Shown: positions 35,083 through 48,460 of the stretch, piece after piece
How the letters are laid out: the number at the start of each line of letters is the position of its first letter
Position numbering within the stretch: position 1 is the first letter of the stretch
Assembly (NCBI GenBank): GCA_013239625.1
Contig: MU056000.1
Location: 7,663,214-7,727,213, forward strand
Direction of reading: 5' to 3'
DNA length: 64,000 nt
DNA from: Lama guanicoe
Taxonomy: Eukaryota
Translations under genes and position numbers: made by a program
The notes under the pieces: model-generated
What the model saw: the letters and a program-made list of their open reading frames with translations, nothing else
Databases searched by the model: none
Told to the model about the DNA's origin: nothing

Positions 35083-36099
35083 TCAAGGGAGGAAGGATGG
35101 TTCCTGGAGCCTCGTGGACCATGCCACATGGAAGAAATGCCCTGGCCCCGAACACTTCACTGTACATACAGTGATTAAGAAAGGAGAACAGTTATTCTAT
35201 AAAATTCCCTGAACATGTCAGCCTCTTGCAGTAATGTTCAGCCTATAGACAGCGTCAGGGCAGGTGCAGTGGACAGACGGTCATCCTGCCGGCTCCACTG
35301 CCTTCTGTGCTGGTGAAAACTGAGGGATAATAAAAGCTTGTCCCCTGCATTGAAGCATGCAGGCATCCGGACTAGCCGCTTAGTTTTTAGCTGGAGAAGG
35401 ACAAGGATGAAATTTCTAATTTGGGCACACAGAAGTGCTTGATTACCTCTGAGACAGTTCATTTCTCAAAGGCCTGAAGGATGGGCAGGAAGCAGCGCCT
35501 GCCTTTGCCCTGTGTGTCTGGGCAGCTGCAGCTCTGGAATCCTGTTCAGCACAGAGACGGAAGCCCCCCACTCTGTCCCGTGACCAGCCAGGGGTCTGGA
35601 GGAAAGGAAGAAAGGTCTCTAGTTGCCAGCAGCTTCCAAAGTCCTGGGAAAGGTGCCAGCCTGCCAGCGTTCTCGCCTGTAGCCCTCGAGCCTCCTGCAG
35701 TAGGCCCAGAGGGAGGGCCAGGGCAAGACTCCCGCAGAGCTGCTAAAGGGTGTGGTTTAAGAAAGCTCTGGAAAATACTGCCGAGGGTCATCGGGTCTAA
35801 AACACTCTAGATATCAAGAAAACTTCTCGTTTGCTTCCAGTATCTATGGGATCATGAAATAGGAGAACACACCAACTATTCTCACACAGATACAGGCCAC
35901 TCTAGACACCAAGTCAGTATAATCTCTCATTCCACCCATGATTGTTACTAAAAGCACATCATAGCTGGGCAATAAAACTCCTCTTGGGAAATTTTGCTTA
36001 GAACGGAGAGCTGAGAGCCCATTTTCCATTTAAAAGACCACTCTTGCAGACTCTGGCTGTAAGCACATCACTTCTGTCTCCGCATTACTGTGGAAACTC

Positions 36100-36808
36100 C
36101 CATCCCTTGCCTGGGCCACCACGGTACCGTCCTCCTTAACAGCCTGGCTTCCACGCTGCCCAACCTCGACCCTGCGTCCATCTCGCTCCCAACAGCTGAG
36201 GGATCATCTCACTAGACAGACTGGATTATGCCCCTCCAGCGCCCTGCCCGCCGTGATTATGGTAAAAGTCAAGCGCCCGTTACGGTCCCTGAGGCTCCGT
36301 GGGATCGGGCCTCTGCCTGACTTCCTGCGGCATCTCGGGCTCTTCTTCCCTTGTGCAGGGAGCTCTGGCTGTGCTGGCCCTCCTTCCTGGCTTGAGCGTC
36401 CATGTTCGCTTCACCGCAGGGACGGTGGACTTGGCTGATTCTTCTGCCTGGAACTTGCTTCCTCGGACTCTGGACTGCCTCTCCTTGCTGGTATTCGAGT
36501 TTCAGCTCAAATGTCTCCCCTTTGACCATGTTAGTTAGGGTAACCCCGCCCACCTGGCGCCCTTTACCTCGTTGCCCCGTTTATTTCCTCCGTCACATTC
36601 AACGCCCGGTGCTGTTACCTTCAGCAAGTTTGTTCTATTGTTTACCGTGTGTGTTACCCCCCTTCACCTGCGAGACAAGCAGCTCCACGAGGACAGAGAC
36701 TGGCGTGTCCTGCCGCCTCTGCAGGCTTCCCCAGCACCTGGGACAGTGCCCGGCCTCGGGGGGTGCTCAGAGTGAATGCTTTACTTGCTGAGTGAATGAA
36801 TGAATGAG
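36100..36808 (+). mobile_element. LINE-2 3' region ending in (GAAT)n tail
   Basis: cagctcaaatgtctcccc...aagcagctccacgaggacagagac...cccagcacctgggacagtgcc...gagtgaatgaatgaatgag. Confidence 0.8.
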
Positions 36809-37659
36809 TCAGCCTTAGAAAGATCTGCCTTCAGAACTAGAATTCTAATGCTGATGGAAGATGTCACTTCAAGGACAAGGTGAAGTGTTTCCCCCGTTAC
36901 TCAGAATAACATGCATTTTTTTTGATAGAATGTGATTATAGCCTTGGCCTCCCTCCCCGCCGTGCTTGTGGCTTCTGAGCTAAAAATGTTTCTGCTGGAA
37001 GTTCTCTCCTCCTGCTCTTTGGTGCACTTCGCCTATTTAAAGGAGACTGTGGAGCTGAGATTGAACCTGTGGCCTTTGCAGACACAGGAAGCTGATGTCT
37101 TCACGGATGCTCTGCCCCCTGTACGTCTGCCCTAAGAGTAGACTCATAGAGAAATGCCTTTCTGTTTTTGTCTAGGCCCCAATTTCCGACTGAATCAACA
37201 TACTGAAGATTAAAATGGCTTTAAAAGGCATAAGAGAGACACTGACAAAGACAGAATAGACCACTGGGTGGAAAGGCATTTGGGAAGCTCAGCTGGGAGG
37301 GCAAATTCCCCAGGTGAATTTTCAAGTCAGGCTGTGGAGCCGCCGGGCTCACACGCCCTCCTGTCACACGTGCTTCTGAACACGTCGTGTTCCTGGGGAT
37401 TCACGACCCCCAGAAGCTCTGTAATGGCCCTGCATGCCTGAATGAACAGCTGATGCGGGCTTTCTGAGGGCTCCTCGGCGGCAGAGAAACGCTACGGAGA
37501 GAAGACATTTTAAGAGACTCCATCTAAGCTAGAAAGTGAATACAGAAAAGATTGGTGGGGGTGGTGGGGAGGAAGACTGGAATAAAAACCTCAAAAGATC
37601 TGCATTTCTAAGAGCTCGAGAAGGAGATTATGACCCAAGCAAGGACCTGCTTTTCACTT

Positions 37660-38011
37660 CAAAGCTTTTGCAAGTTGCATTCTGAGGGCGAAAGTCTCTC
37701 ATGGTTTTCCCACAGCAGAGGGAGTGCTTCCTTTGGGGGACACGGTAGGCCATCCTCTGATGCCTGAGAAGCAAGGAAGATGGCAGTTTTTCAGCTATTT
37801 TTCAATGTGCTGAACTTTAAGTGTCCCCTGTTTTGGTGAGTGAGGAAAAGTACTGCTTTTGATGCGGAAGTCAGAAGAAATTTGATCTGAGAGTAAACGC
37901 TTGTATCATGGGCATTTGCTGAAGTGCTGCAGAGTAGGGGCTGCAATCCATCATTTTCATTCCCATGTGGAATGTCGGCTTCCACTCGGCTTGGCTGCGG
38001 ACTTGCTCATA
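37660..38011 (-). pseudogene. Candidate relic exon in CTNND2 intron 20 (3' end undefined)
   Basis: Strong acceptor tgtttgtccccttctgcggcag|. The phase-1 frame is the long frame of ORF 37791..37985. Confidence 0.38.
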
Positions 38012-38094
38012 CTGCCGCAGAAGGGGACAAACACACCCACCGGTCTCACCGCCAACACCATTATCTCTGCCACCCGCACTCCTAATACCCCTCC

Positions 38095-38381
38095 CATCAC
38101 CACCTCCTCCATCACCACCTCCATCACCACCACCATCACCTCCTCCATCACCTCCACCATCACCTCCTCCATTACCACCACCATCACCTCCATCACCACC
38201 ACCATCACCACAATCACCACCACCATCACCTCCATCACCACCACCACCATCGTCTCCTCCATCACCACCACTATCACAATCACCACCACCATCACCTCCA
38301 TCAGCACCACCATCAATCCACCACCATCATCTCCTCCATCACCAGCACCAGCCCCATCACCAGCACCACCAGCACCATCAC
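38095..38381. repeat. Degenerate (CAC/CAT/CTC)n trinucleotide repeat, ~290 bp
   Basis: Directly visible; explains the overlapping Thr/Ile, Pro/Ser and Val/Met ORFs. Confidence 0.95.
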
Positions 38382-40445
38382 TGTGAGAATAACAACTAAC
38401 TTTTACACGGAACTCGTCGGCTTACAGGGAACCTTCCTGTATAAAAATATTATTCAGTAACAATCTCAATGTTCTTCTAAGCTTGCCACCTGACTGATAG
38501 TGGAGTTTTGAATTGTATGTTGAAGTAAGTTAGAGAAAAGCATTTAAACCTCTAAGTAAGTTTGAAAAAATTACACAGATCTCAATATGGGGGCTGTCAA
38601 GGTCCCTTCCATTTACTAGGAAGATTAAATATCTGGAAACATGCTAGATTTTATTTTTTATTTTGTGATGCGTGTAGGGCCTGATCATGTAGCATTGGAA
38701 CTATTTCAGCATAAACACACCCACACTGAAAAGCCTCCTGAATAATTCTACTTGGTAAGAGAGTTACAGAGAAAAGATAAACTTAAATAATAACAATACA
38801 GTCTATTTCACAATTACTCTTGTAATTATATTTTCAATTTCTCTTCCCAGCCTGCCGGTGATGTGGCTACCTAGGGCGGTAATAATCGAGAAATGAATGG
38901 GTCAGGTGAATTTGGTGTCACCATGGCTCCGGAATAATCAGTACAAATTGGATTCTAAATGGCTCAACACTAGGGACTCGTTATTCAGATTCATAACCTT
39001 CTTTGTTCGTGTTCGTCTACAACGGGGGCAACATTTACGGGGGAACTAGGACCCGAGCATGAGAGCCCTAAGGTGTGTCCCACACGATGAGCTCAGCTTT
39101 CCCACAGGCATGGGGTGAGGCGTTGCCTGGTGGAGGGAATGTGCACTGAGCTGGGGGTGGGGACCACAAGCACCTGTTTGCAATGTTTCTCTTTACGCAG
39201 CCAGGTAGAGGCACCACGGAAAACACTGCCTCCGAGGTCAACACAGTTACCATTAGAGAAATGTATCGTAGACATCCTGGGCCTGGAAGGCATCTTAATG
39301 TATCACCCAGTTTGTCTGTTTTACTTCCCTGCAGGTCTACGTCTAAACAATATCAGAGAAATGCACTTTCTGCCTTTAAGATTCTCCTGATAAGAGGGTC
39401 TCAGTGTCGTTAAGGTTTGTACCCCTTATGTACCCCAGTTTTATGAATGCCCTAATCTGGCCCTGTTCTGTTGAAGTCCTCATGGCCTATGTTTCAGGCG
39501 GGCCCATCTCCACATCCCTGTGGCAAAGGAGGGTGTGGCGCCCCCCTTCAGAGGTCCTGACAGTTCTGGCAGCGGCTTTCAAGGTGTAATTCCCCCTACA
39601 TCAACACCGCCAGGCCCTGCTTCTCGGAGGAGGGCCAAGCCAGGATGGGAGGGAGGAGTGTGGGGAGCCTGGAGGGGACGATGAGTGTGGACATCGAGCC
39701 CCACCCCAAGGAGAGCTGCGGAGAGTGCGAGGAGAGCTGAGGGCAAGGCTGGCTATCAGGCAGGCTGGGCTGGGCACGCTCGGTGGCAAGGGTGCCAGTT
39801 TTGGCCTCCATAGAATCCCAGCTGATGAGAGAGGAGAGACAATGGGTGTGTGTGTGTGGAGGGGAGGATGAAGGGCATGAAAGGTCAATGGCTCCTTAGG
39901 GAAACTGAGGTCTGCGTTTCTAATGAATCTTCCAGGGAGTTAGTCTGTCAAGGCAAAAGGTTGGTTTCATGTCAAGAGGAGAAAACACCTCAATAGCAGG
40001 TCTACGAATCTCCTGAAGCCCTCTTGCCTGGCTCCTCTCCCCTCCTTTTCTCATCCTCTTTCTCTTCCCCCTTCCTAATGGGCAAAGCATGGTTCCATGG
40101 CACCTGCTGCCCTGGGTTACGCCAATGAAGACGAAATCTCTGGTGGCCTCTTCCTCTAACTTGAGAGACTGTCATGAGCCGGGCAAGGGAGAAGGAAAGG
40201 GGAAGGGAAAGAAAGACTGAGGAGAAAGTGTATGTAGAGAATATTTTCTCTTAGCGATTTCAGGAATAAGACGCTCCACTGTGACACTGCTGGCTTCATC
40301 CCCTCATCTCCAGTCCCTGGGCATCTTGGCCGTCAGCCCTACGAGCTGCCAAGCATGGCTGAAGCCCCAGGTGCCAGCCCTCCGCCCTGTCCCAGGACAG
40401 GTCACCAGCCCGGAGGAGGACTGACCCGCACACGGCTGAGCTCAC

Positions 40446-40577
40446 CTGTCATGGTGTCTTTCCTGGAAGTGTGTTCTCCTTTAGGTCCGTGGTAAGTGGC
40501 GTTGCTGCCAGTGGACTCATAGTCCGTTTTCCTTTCTTTGAGGCTGATCATTTCCCGAGGTGAAGCTGGGGCACTTG
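40446..40577 (-). CDS. CTNND2: Delta-catenin coding exon (exon 20), 132 nt, phase 1 to 1
   Basis: Acceptor tttctttacgtag|CA and donor ACAG|gtgagc. Translates (A)[43 protein letters not shown] in frame with the flanking exons. Too short for the ORF track. Confidence 0.97.
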
Positions 40578-43452
40578 CTACGTAAAGAAATCGAAAGGGT
40601 GACTTTCAGCATCTCATGCCACAGCACGCGGAGCTTTTCACACAAACAGTAAAGTCAGAAGTGCACCTGGCTCGGCAAATATCACCATGTGCACGCGCAC
40701 CTGCCAGGTTTCACCTTTGTTCCTTTGTCCCTGGTCTTTCCCCTCCTGCCCTTCCTCCATGTCACCTGGAGCTTTACAGTTAAGGGGACACACACTTGGA
40801 GGCAGGGAACTAAGTACGAGCTGTATCCTGGGGCCATCTGCCTTAGACAGACATCCTTGTGGGCATGTGACCCACTCAAGGTGTACGGGACAGTTTTAAG
40901 AATGAGATCCATCTTGGTTTTCTGTGTTTCTCTTTCTCTCTCTTTTCTTTACTTTCCCCTCCCTCCCTTTTCTTCCTTCTTTCCTTCTTCCTTCCTTCTT
41001 TAAACTTTAGATACGTTTTAGAGCTGCTATTATGGATATCGAAGAACCCCGATTAAAAGAGATGCAGCTTTACTTAAATACTGAGTCTTGCTGAAACTGC
41101 CCTAAAGGGAGGCAGAGGAAGCAAGTCTCCCCAGAGAAAGATTTGTGGGACCAAAATCACTCTGTCTGCCAAGGTCTCCCTTAGCCTGCAGGGGGTGGGC
41201 CGGGGGCACGCCCTTCTCCTGAGGCATACCCTTGCCCCAGCTCAAATGCCCCAACCGTCTCTCACACACACCTTGCACCCTGGCCACTCGCTGCCTGTCG
41301 GACCTGGGGAATGAGCCCGTTCAACCCTGTGTTTTCATTTCTAAAATGATGGGTCGTAATTAGAGGATTCCCCTGGGAATTCCATGATTCTTTAATATAC
41401 TGGTGCCAGAACAGAGAAAAATCTGAATTTGGAGGTAAGGAAGCAAACAAGAAGAGGTCTGGTTTTCTTAGAAGAGTGGGTGGATCGGGAGCAACTCAAC
41501 GGCCCTGCCAATGCGGATGTCGGGGGGAGTGGAGGGGAAGCGTGTGCGCGCAGCGGGGCGGCGAGCCGTGCGGCCCTCCCACTGCTGTCCTCACACTGCC
41601 CACCGGGCTCCTCAGGGATGCCACCCACATCCCGAGCTTGGCCAACTGCATCTCTCTCAGTCTGAGCTCGGGCGTGGTTCCCTTCTGCCCAAGCCCTCCC
41701 CAGCTTCCGTGCTTCATGAACTTATGTAACCTTTAGACTCATCTGAGAACCTGGGGATTTCAAAATCCCATCCCAGACCATTTGAATCTGAATTTTCAGT
41801 GGATGGGCCTCGTAGTCCAAGCATCCTTGGTGATTATTAAGGCTGGGCAATCTCTGGGGAACTCTAATTGTTAGGATAAAGCTCTCTTCCCTTTGTTAGT
41901 ACCCAAGCCCCCCTCCGATCAAGCCTTGGTTTACCTTTCAGCTCATCACTCACCCCCTTGGCGGGGTCCCCGGCTCCAGCCCCTCGGCCTGCTCACTCCC
42001 TGTCTGAGTCACTTGATTCATGTCATCAAACTTAGCATCTTCTATGTGCAGAGCCCCGTGCCAGGCAGCGGGGACAGAAACACGAGTCACAGCACACTTG
42101 CTGAACTTGAGAAGCTCTTAATCGTGTGAGGAAATGAAGCCAGAATAAGAGGCAGGTGGCTCAGCGGATGTCACAGCCAAGTGCTGGGATGGTAACAGAG
42201 GGGCCTTTGCCCATCCTGTCCTGAAAGGCCCCCTGCCCACCTCTCAGACCTGTCCAGTGAAATCGAGGCTCACTGCTCAGCTCTTGAAACCCTCGGAGGC
42301 TTCCAATCCTGGCTGCCCTTCAGAATTAATTACCTGGAATACTTAAAAAATATACTGACGCTTGAACCACACCCCCTCTCTGCTCTAACCAGTTGGACCA
42401 GAAACTCTGGGTGTAAATCCAATGGAAAGACAGGGAAGAAATCTGCAGTTGCTCCACGTGACTCAGCTGGGCCTGGCTTCGGTTCCATGTGTTCTCAGAG
42501 CATGGGCTGCGCCTCGCTCCCTCCACCCTCTGCCCCGTCTCCTCTCTTGTCTCTCCATCCTCCTCTCCAGAGAAGGTCGCCTCCTGCCCTCGCTCCTCTG
42601 CTCCTAGGTCTTCTGTATAGGGCTGGCCCTTTAGGAGTCACTGCCAGGCAATCACGAAGGGACATTTTGGAGCCTCTTGACCAAAGCTGTTAAAGTTAGA
42701 ACCTAATCTGGCACAGATGGTGGGGCTCACTAAGCTACGTCGCGTGTAGAATTATCTCCTGAGACGTCAAACGTGGGGGTCCGAGTCTCCGGTAAACCAG
42801 GACGCTACTCCTGGAAAAATCAAGCCACACAAGAGCCTCAGGTGTCTCTGATGTGCCTCGCCCAGGAACCAGCAGGCAGCGCCCCAGCTGCGTGGCGGGG
42901 GTGCTGACAGCCTGAAACGGGGCTATTTCTCCTTCTGGGTGTCCTCCAGCTTTCCATCATTCTGTCTTCCTAACACTGACTGGTTCTTCATAACTGGAGC
43001 TTTGAAAAAGACACCATCCTTGTGTTTAACAGACTCACTGCTCTTTATCTTTTTAAGAATTACGGAGATAAGACGTGTAAAGGCCCCTCCACGCCGCTGA
43101 GGCAGGTGGAGGTTTTTCCAAGTACTTGGGGGGGTCCTAGTTCTCGTTCAGTGTGGGGCCAAATGTTTCAAGCAATGATAACACCACGCTACAGATAAAA
43201 GCTTTCATGGGGCTGGGAGAGTGCCACGTATTTCAGTCAAATATCACCATTCACATTTCATTCCCCCATCGTTCGACAGTAAAGTGTGGTGTCAAGTTTT
43301 ATGACAAACGTCCTCCAAGGCAGACAGGTCACCCTGCTGGGGCGTCTTCTGTACCATGTCCTCTAAGATGCAGTTCCAGAAAATACTGTTTCCTCTGCAG
43401 GAGGAGGACAGCGGGGAGCAAGGAGAAACCTTTCTGAAATCAAAGCCTCTGT

Positions 43453-43454
<2 letters not shown>

Positions 43455-43496
<42 letters not shown>
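43455..43496. repeat. (GT)n microsatellite, ~20 units
   Basis: Directly visible. Confidence 0.95.
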
Positions 43497-43753
43497 TATA
43501 CATATATTTATCCATCCTTCCTTCTCATAGTAAAAACCAAAATGCAGACATCAAGAAAAGAGTTTTAAAAACTTACACATTAAATAAAATAACAATAAAA
43601 TCTATGCCACTTGTGTGCTCAATGACGTGCTCATATTCTGCCTTTCATTATTTGTTTAATCTTTGCTATTACATAATGTGAATGGAAAAGGGCGTAAAAA
43701 TCAGGTATCTTTACAAATAGATAAGAAAAGTTAGTTCAAAATTTAAGCGTGAT

Positions 43754-43875
43754 GGGGAAGGGTGTAGCTCAAGTGTAGAGTGTGCACGTAGCATGCACAA
43801 GGTCCCGGGTTCAACCCCCAGTCCCTCCATTTAAAAATAAATAAATAAACAGACCTAATTACCACCGCCCCCCCA
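43754..43875 (+). mobile_element. Full-length Vic-1-type camelid tRNA-derived SINE
   Basis: ggggaagggtgtagctcaagtgtagag (A-box-like), gggttcaacccc (B-box-like), (taaa)n, cctaattacc and C-run tail; imperfect TSD aaaattt(t)aagc. Confidence 0.85.
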
Positions 43876-43889
43876 AAATTTTAAGCAAT

Positions 43890-44130
43890 GAGACAAGGGA
43901 AGAGGGGCAACATAAGGGCAGGGGGTTAGGAGGTATAAACTATTATGTATAAAATAAGCCACAAGAAAATATTGCACAACACAGAATATAGTTAATATTC
44001 TCTAACAACTATTAACGGAGTATGGTCTTTAAAAACTGTGAATCACTATATTGTGCACTTGTAACTTATACAATATTTTACATCAACTATACTTCAATTC
44101 AAATTTTTTTAAAGAATGAGAAAAAATTTT
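43890..44130 (+). mobile_element. L1 3' end fragment (L1MA9-like)
   Basis: gaggtataaactattatgtataaaataagc...ctgtgaatcactatattgt...catcaactatacttcaa. Confidence 0.85.
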
Positions 44131-44601
44131 AAAAAACGAATTAAATGATTTAAAAGTTACAGCTGGTTGTAATATAAATGCATGAATGATTTATCTGCTG
44201 GTGTACAGGTAATAATAAAATGCAAATCAGGTGTGGAACAGAAATGGAAGTCTCAATGACAGGCTTCAAATGTGTGTCATTCACAGGGAGGAAAGGGCAC
44301 GCCTTCTCTGCCCTGCTGTGTTACCCCAATTATAAACAATAAAACGCAGCCCAGACTATCTTAAGTTGGAGACAACGTCCATGGAAAAGCCTGACTCGCA
44401 GTCACTTGGTGGTTTTATGTACTCTTGTGTCTCCCTGAACGCAGGTCCAGGATGCGCATTTGACGCGTAAGACACCTGCTAGACACGTTTAGAAATCTGT
44501 TAGAAAGTAGCTCCCTCTGAGTCTGTGTAAACATAACACAAAGTCGCCACCACTACAGAAGGAAAAGACGGCCATCTGATACTTCTAGCAAATGTCCTCT
44601 A

Positions 44602-44817
<216 letters not shown>

Positions 44818-45939
44818 TTAGTGGGGAAGGCAGAGTGATTCCTCGCCTCCTGATGTTGAAGTTCCAAGCATTTGAATTTGCAAAACATTTCTCCAGTCTG
44901 TCAAGAGAGATCTTGGATCTCTGTTCCGTCATCCAGGTTAACAGCGAGGAGCGCGAATGGAGACCCACCTCCTGCTGCTCCCTCCAGACAGCCTGACAGG
45001 GGGTAGACCTGCCTGCCTCCCCAGGTGAGGAATAAATGGTCTCTCTGAAAATCTGCTTTGGCCTGAGGATTTCATTTAAATGAAAATATGATACTCAGAA
45101 TGACCCTGAAATTGTCTATTTTTGGCCTGCCTGGCTCCAGCTGTCTGGACCTCTTACTCTTTTGTTCCTGGGACTGATCTGTTAGTGATCATAATGCCGA
45201 GAAGCACCCTCCCTTCCACTCTGTTCCCCTTACGTTGTTCCAAGCCTCCTCCTCTGCCTCTAATGCCCCACCCCCACTGGTCCAAGGCCTTCAGCATGAC
45301 TGTCCCTGAGGATATGCACCTGGGTTGCCATGTCCCTTAATTTCCCCTGGAATTATATTTTCAATTTAGAGCATATTCAGAACGCATCCTGTTAACTAAT
45401 CCTCCATTCGCCTTCCCATATCTGCTTAATATATGAAAAGCATATATACTATTTTTCATTGTGAAAATCACCGAAATAGATTATGGGTCATTTTGCGAAT
45501 TTAGAAAGCACTAAAAAAAAAATAAAAATAGCCAATGAATCCACCCTTCTCCTCCCTGGAGAACTCAGGTTAAGCCGTCACAGAATTTCCTTCCAGTCCT
45601 TTTTCTTTTTTAACTCAAGTTTATTTTTATCAAAGCAACGTGCGAAATAGTACTGACATTATAGCAAGGGAAAGCAGACACCGCCTCAGCCCTAATTCCT
45701 GCCTCACAGGGCGGCCATTTCCAACTCCACAGGCTGCTTCTTTTTCTGATAATACCTAGGCTTCTAAGGGACTCAAGGCTCTACAAAGAATCACTACAAA
45801 TACAAATAGATGAAAGTTAATGAAGAACAAAATTTATACTCATTTCAATATTTGTGTCTTTCTTTATCTAATTCTCATTGTTCCTATTCTAGTTGACTGG
45901 CAGGATAAAGCCAAGATTAGAAGAAAGCGATTTTAAAAG

Positions 45940-46070
45940 CTAGTGCTTACTGAATACTTACTATGTGGCAAGATTTTCTTAACAATCCCATGGGCTGGAT
46001 ACTATTATGAGCTCCATTTTACAGAGGAAGCATCTGAGCTTTAGAAAGTAAATGGATCAAAGTCAAACAG
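45940..46070 (-). mobile_element. MIR
   Basis: ttactgaatacttactatgtggca...ccattttacagaggaagcatctgag. Confidence 0.7.
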
Positions 46071-46329
46071 TAAACAAGCAAAGAATCATGTTAATACTAA
46101 AATGTGGCAGGCTGATGAATACTTGAAGCATAAAGCAAAACGGGGGGACTGAGGGGTGTGGGGGGAGGGGAGACTGTTGGCCTCGCTAGTTGATGGCGTG
46201 TGGTTGGGCAAGTGCCCTGGGAACAGTTAATGTTGTGGCAGGGACCCAGCAGACGACGAGAAGCCAGACACTGAAGACACAGGCTAGGGCTCCCAAGTCA
46301 AGAGAGCAGATGTGAGGCTGTGGGGTGGG

Positions 46330-48460
46330 ATGGGGCTTGGCTCACGTGGGAGCAACAGAAAGTTCCTGTGACTGAAGACGAGGGGGGACCAGGAAGACAA
46401 GGAGCCTTCTGGGTGTCTAGGACAGTTTGGGGACAGTAGAATAGAAACAGGGTGACTGGTTAAGAAGCTATTCCACGAGAGACTGAGGATATGACCCTGG
46501 CTTGGGTGGCGGCTGGTGGTGAGTCATGGGCAGATTTGGCATCTCTGTTGCAAGGCCTTGCTGATGTCTCTGCTGTTGGATGCGGGAGAGATGAGGCAGG
46601 CCTGACCCTCATGCTGCTGGTGTGACCATGGGGACTGGGGGTGCCATTGACTGAGACTGAGGACACTGGAAGATAAATGTTCCTAGGAAGTGAGATCGAT
46701 ACTGCCATGTGGGACATGTTGGGTTAGAGATGCCTGTTGGCAAAGACGGAGGATAAAGGAGAATCTGAAAATTGGAATTTCAGGAGTGACGTCAGAGCTA
46801 GAGGTAAAATTTTGGGAGTTCGGTACACAGACATCATTTAAAGCTAAAAGAAGGGATGGAAGGTTTGCACATGAACACAAATAGAGGAAAGCAGAGGACA
46901 CAGGGCTAAGCCCTGGGTCACTCCAATATTTAGAAGGTGTGGGGAGCAGGAGAAAATTCAAATGAGACGGAGAAGGAACAGAGTGAGCTGGGAGCAGAAC
47001 CAGAAGGGTGTGATGTCGGGCGAGATCAGAAAAGGAGATGCATTAGGGAGCAGAAGGCTGAATGATAAGGGGGACCAAGAACAGACCACTGGTCTTGGGA
47101 AGATGGAAATCAACGTGAAGGGGACAAGAGTCCTTTCTTTGGTCAGGTTGGTAAATCTCTGACTCAGCTAGGCTCCAAAGATAGCAAGAATTGATAAAGG
47201 GGGAATGGTGAGCACAGACAGCCTTTGGCAAAGGCTTATTTATTAAGGGGAGCAGAGAAATGGGGCTTGAAGAGATAGAACAACTGGGAGATGTTTTAAT
47301 ATATCACCGGGAAGAGATTGCGGCATTTTGGATGCTGATGGGAATGACTCAATATAGAGGAGGAAAAACTGGTGATGCAGGAGAAAAAGAAAAATTTCTT
47401 AAGAAAGGAGAGGTTGATAGGATTCAGTGAACAGTAGGGTCATTGGCCATGGAAACAGGAGGGAAGGCAGACAGGCTGAACAGCCACAGACGCAGCGAGG
47501 AGATGGGTTGATCTGGTGACGGGATGATGAGGACGTCCTGTTCTGTTTTCTTACATTTTTGGGAGGGTGGTGGCGGTGAGAAGTGAGGTCATCTGCTGAG
47601 GATGAGACAGAGTTGGAGTTTAGAGGCTGGAAGAGGAGAGAGGAAGGGAGGGAAGGGGAAAGGAGAGAGGAAGAAGAGAAAGTGTGAAACGATTCTTGAG
47701 GTAAGTGGGAGCAAGTTGACCTTGGCCAGGTGGTCCAGGGGCCAGGTGCTGAGAGGAGACTGGAGGCTTGTGGCAATGAATTCAAAATGAGAAGACTGGT
47801 CACCAGGGTGGCTTGTATTCCCCCAGCTACATTCAGCTGCTCTGGGGGCAGGAATTGGGTAGATGGAAGTGGTTGGGGTTGGTCAGGGAAATAAGTTGGA
47901 AGGAGACAAGGACAAGGGAGTGCAAAGGGCAGGTGGGGGAAACCCACAGAGTCTATGGTGGGCAGAGAGGAAGGTGAAGATGTGGGGAGGGGATGGAGGA
48001 TCCACAAAGCGTCACAGACTGTGGGGGTGGGGCCACTTCACAGATACTAGGGGTTTCCTCGAGGGAGGAGAGAGGAGAACTTTCTGGAAAGAGCAGAGGA
48101 GCAAGGAGGACACCTACTCCACCTCCCAGCCTAGTGAGGTGGGGGAGGGGTGGGAAGCGAAACGGCCACCACTTGAGAGGGCTGCAGGGGGTCGGGGGGG
48201 CTGTCCTCAGATGTCAGAGCAACAAGACTAAAAACGAAGGTGTGGGTGGTAGAGATGGGAGATTTAAAGGGGGAGAGGACGGGAGGGAGTAGGGAGAGGT
48301 GGACTACTGGGGTAGATTACTGGTCATTTAGAGCCTCTGAGTGAGAAGAGTCCAGAAACAAAGGCCGACCCAGGCGTCTTGGGCAGTTGGTGGTGACGGA
48401 GGTGAGGAGGGACTAAGAGCAAACAGCCACCACCTCCTGAGGGGAAGGCGGGAGCCGTGG
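46330..48460 (-). mobile_element. Long LINE-2 segment including ORF2 remnant
   Basis: Typical antisense L2 (gtgccattgactgag, gacatcatttaaagc, gccctgggtcactccaatatttagagg-like). An off-frame RAAECSWG...SHFEFI remnant resembles L2 ORF2. Confidence 0.8.

Noticed and set aside
37901-38399. 161-aa Thr/Ile, 144-aa Pro/Ser (extensin- or mucin-like) and 119-aa Val/Met ORFs
   Set aside because: All are translations of a stop-free CAC/CAT triplet repeat inside an intron.
41500-41600. CpG-rich patch as an internal promoter
   Set aside because: Under 200 bp with no other promoter evidence.
43754-43830. tRNA-like sequence
   Set aside because: It has a SINE tail, a TSD and a second truncated copy at 15390; it is a SINE head, not a tRNA gene.
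47399-48007. 202-aa ORF, the longest gap-free ORF in the window
   Set aside because: It lies in a pyrimidine-rich LINE-2 remnant; the L2-like residues are in a different frame.
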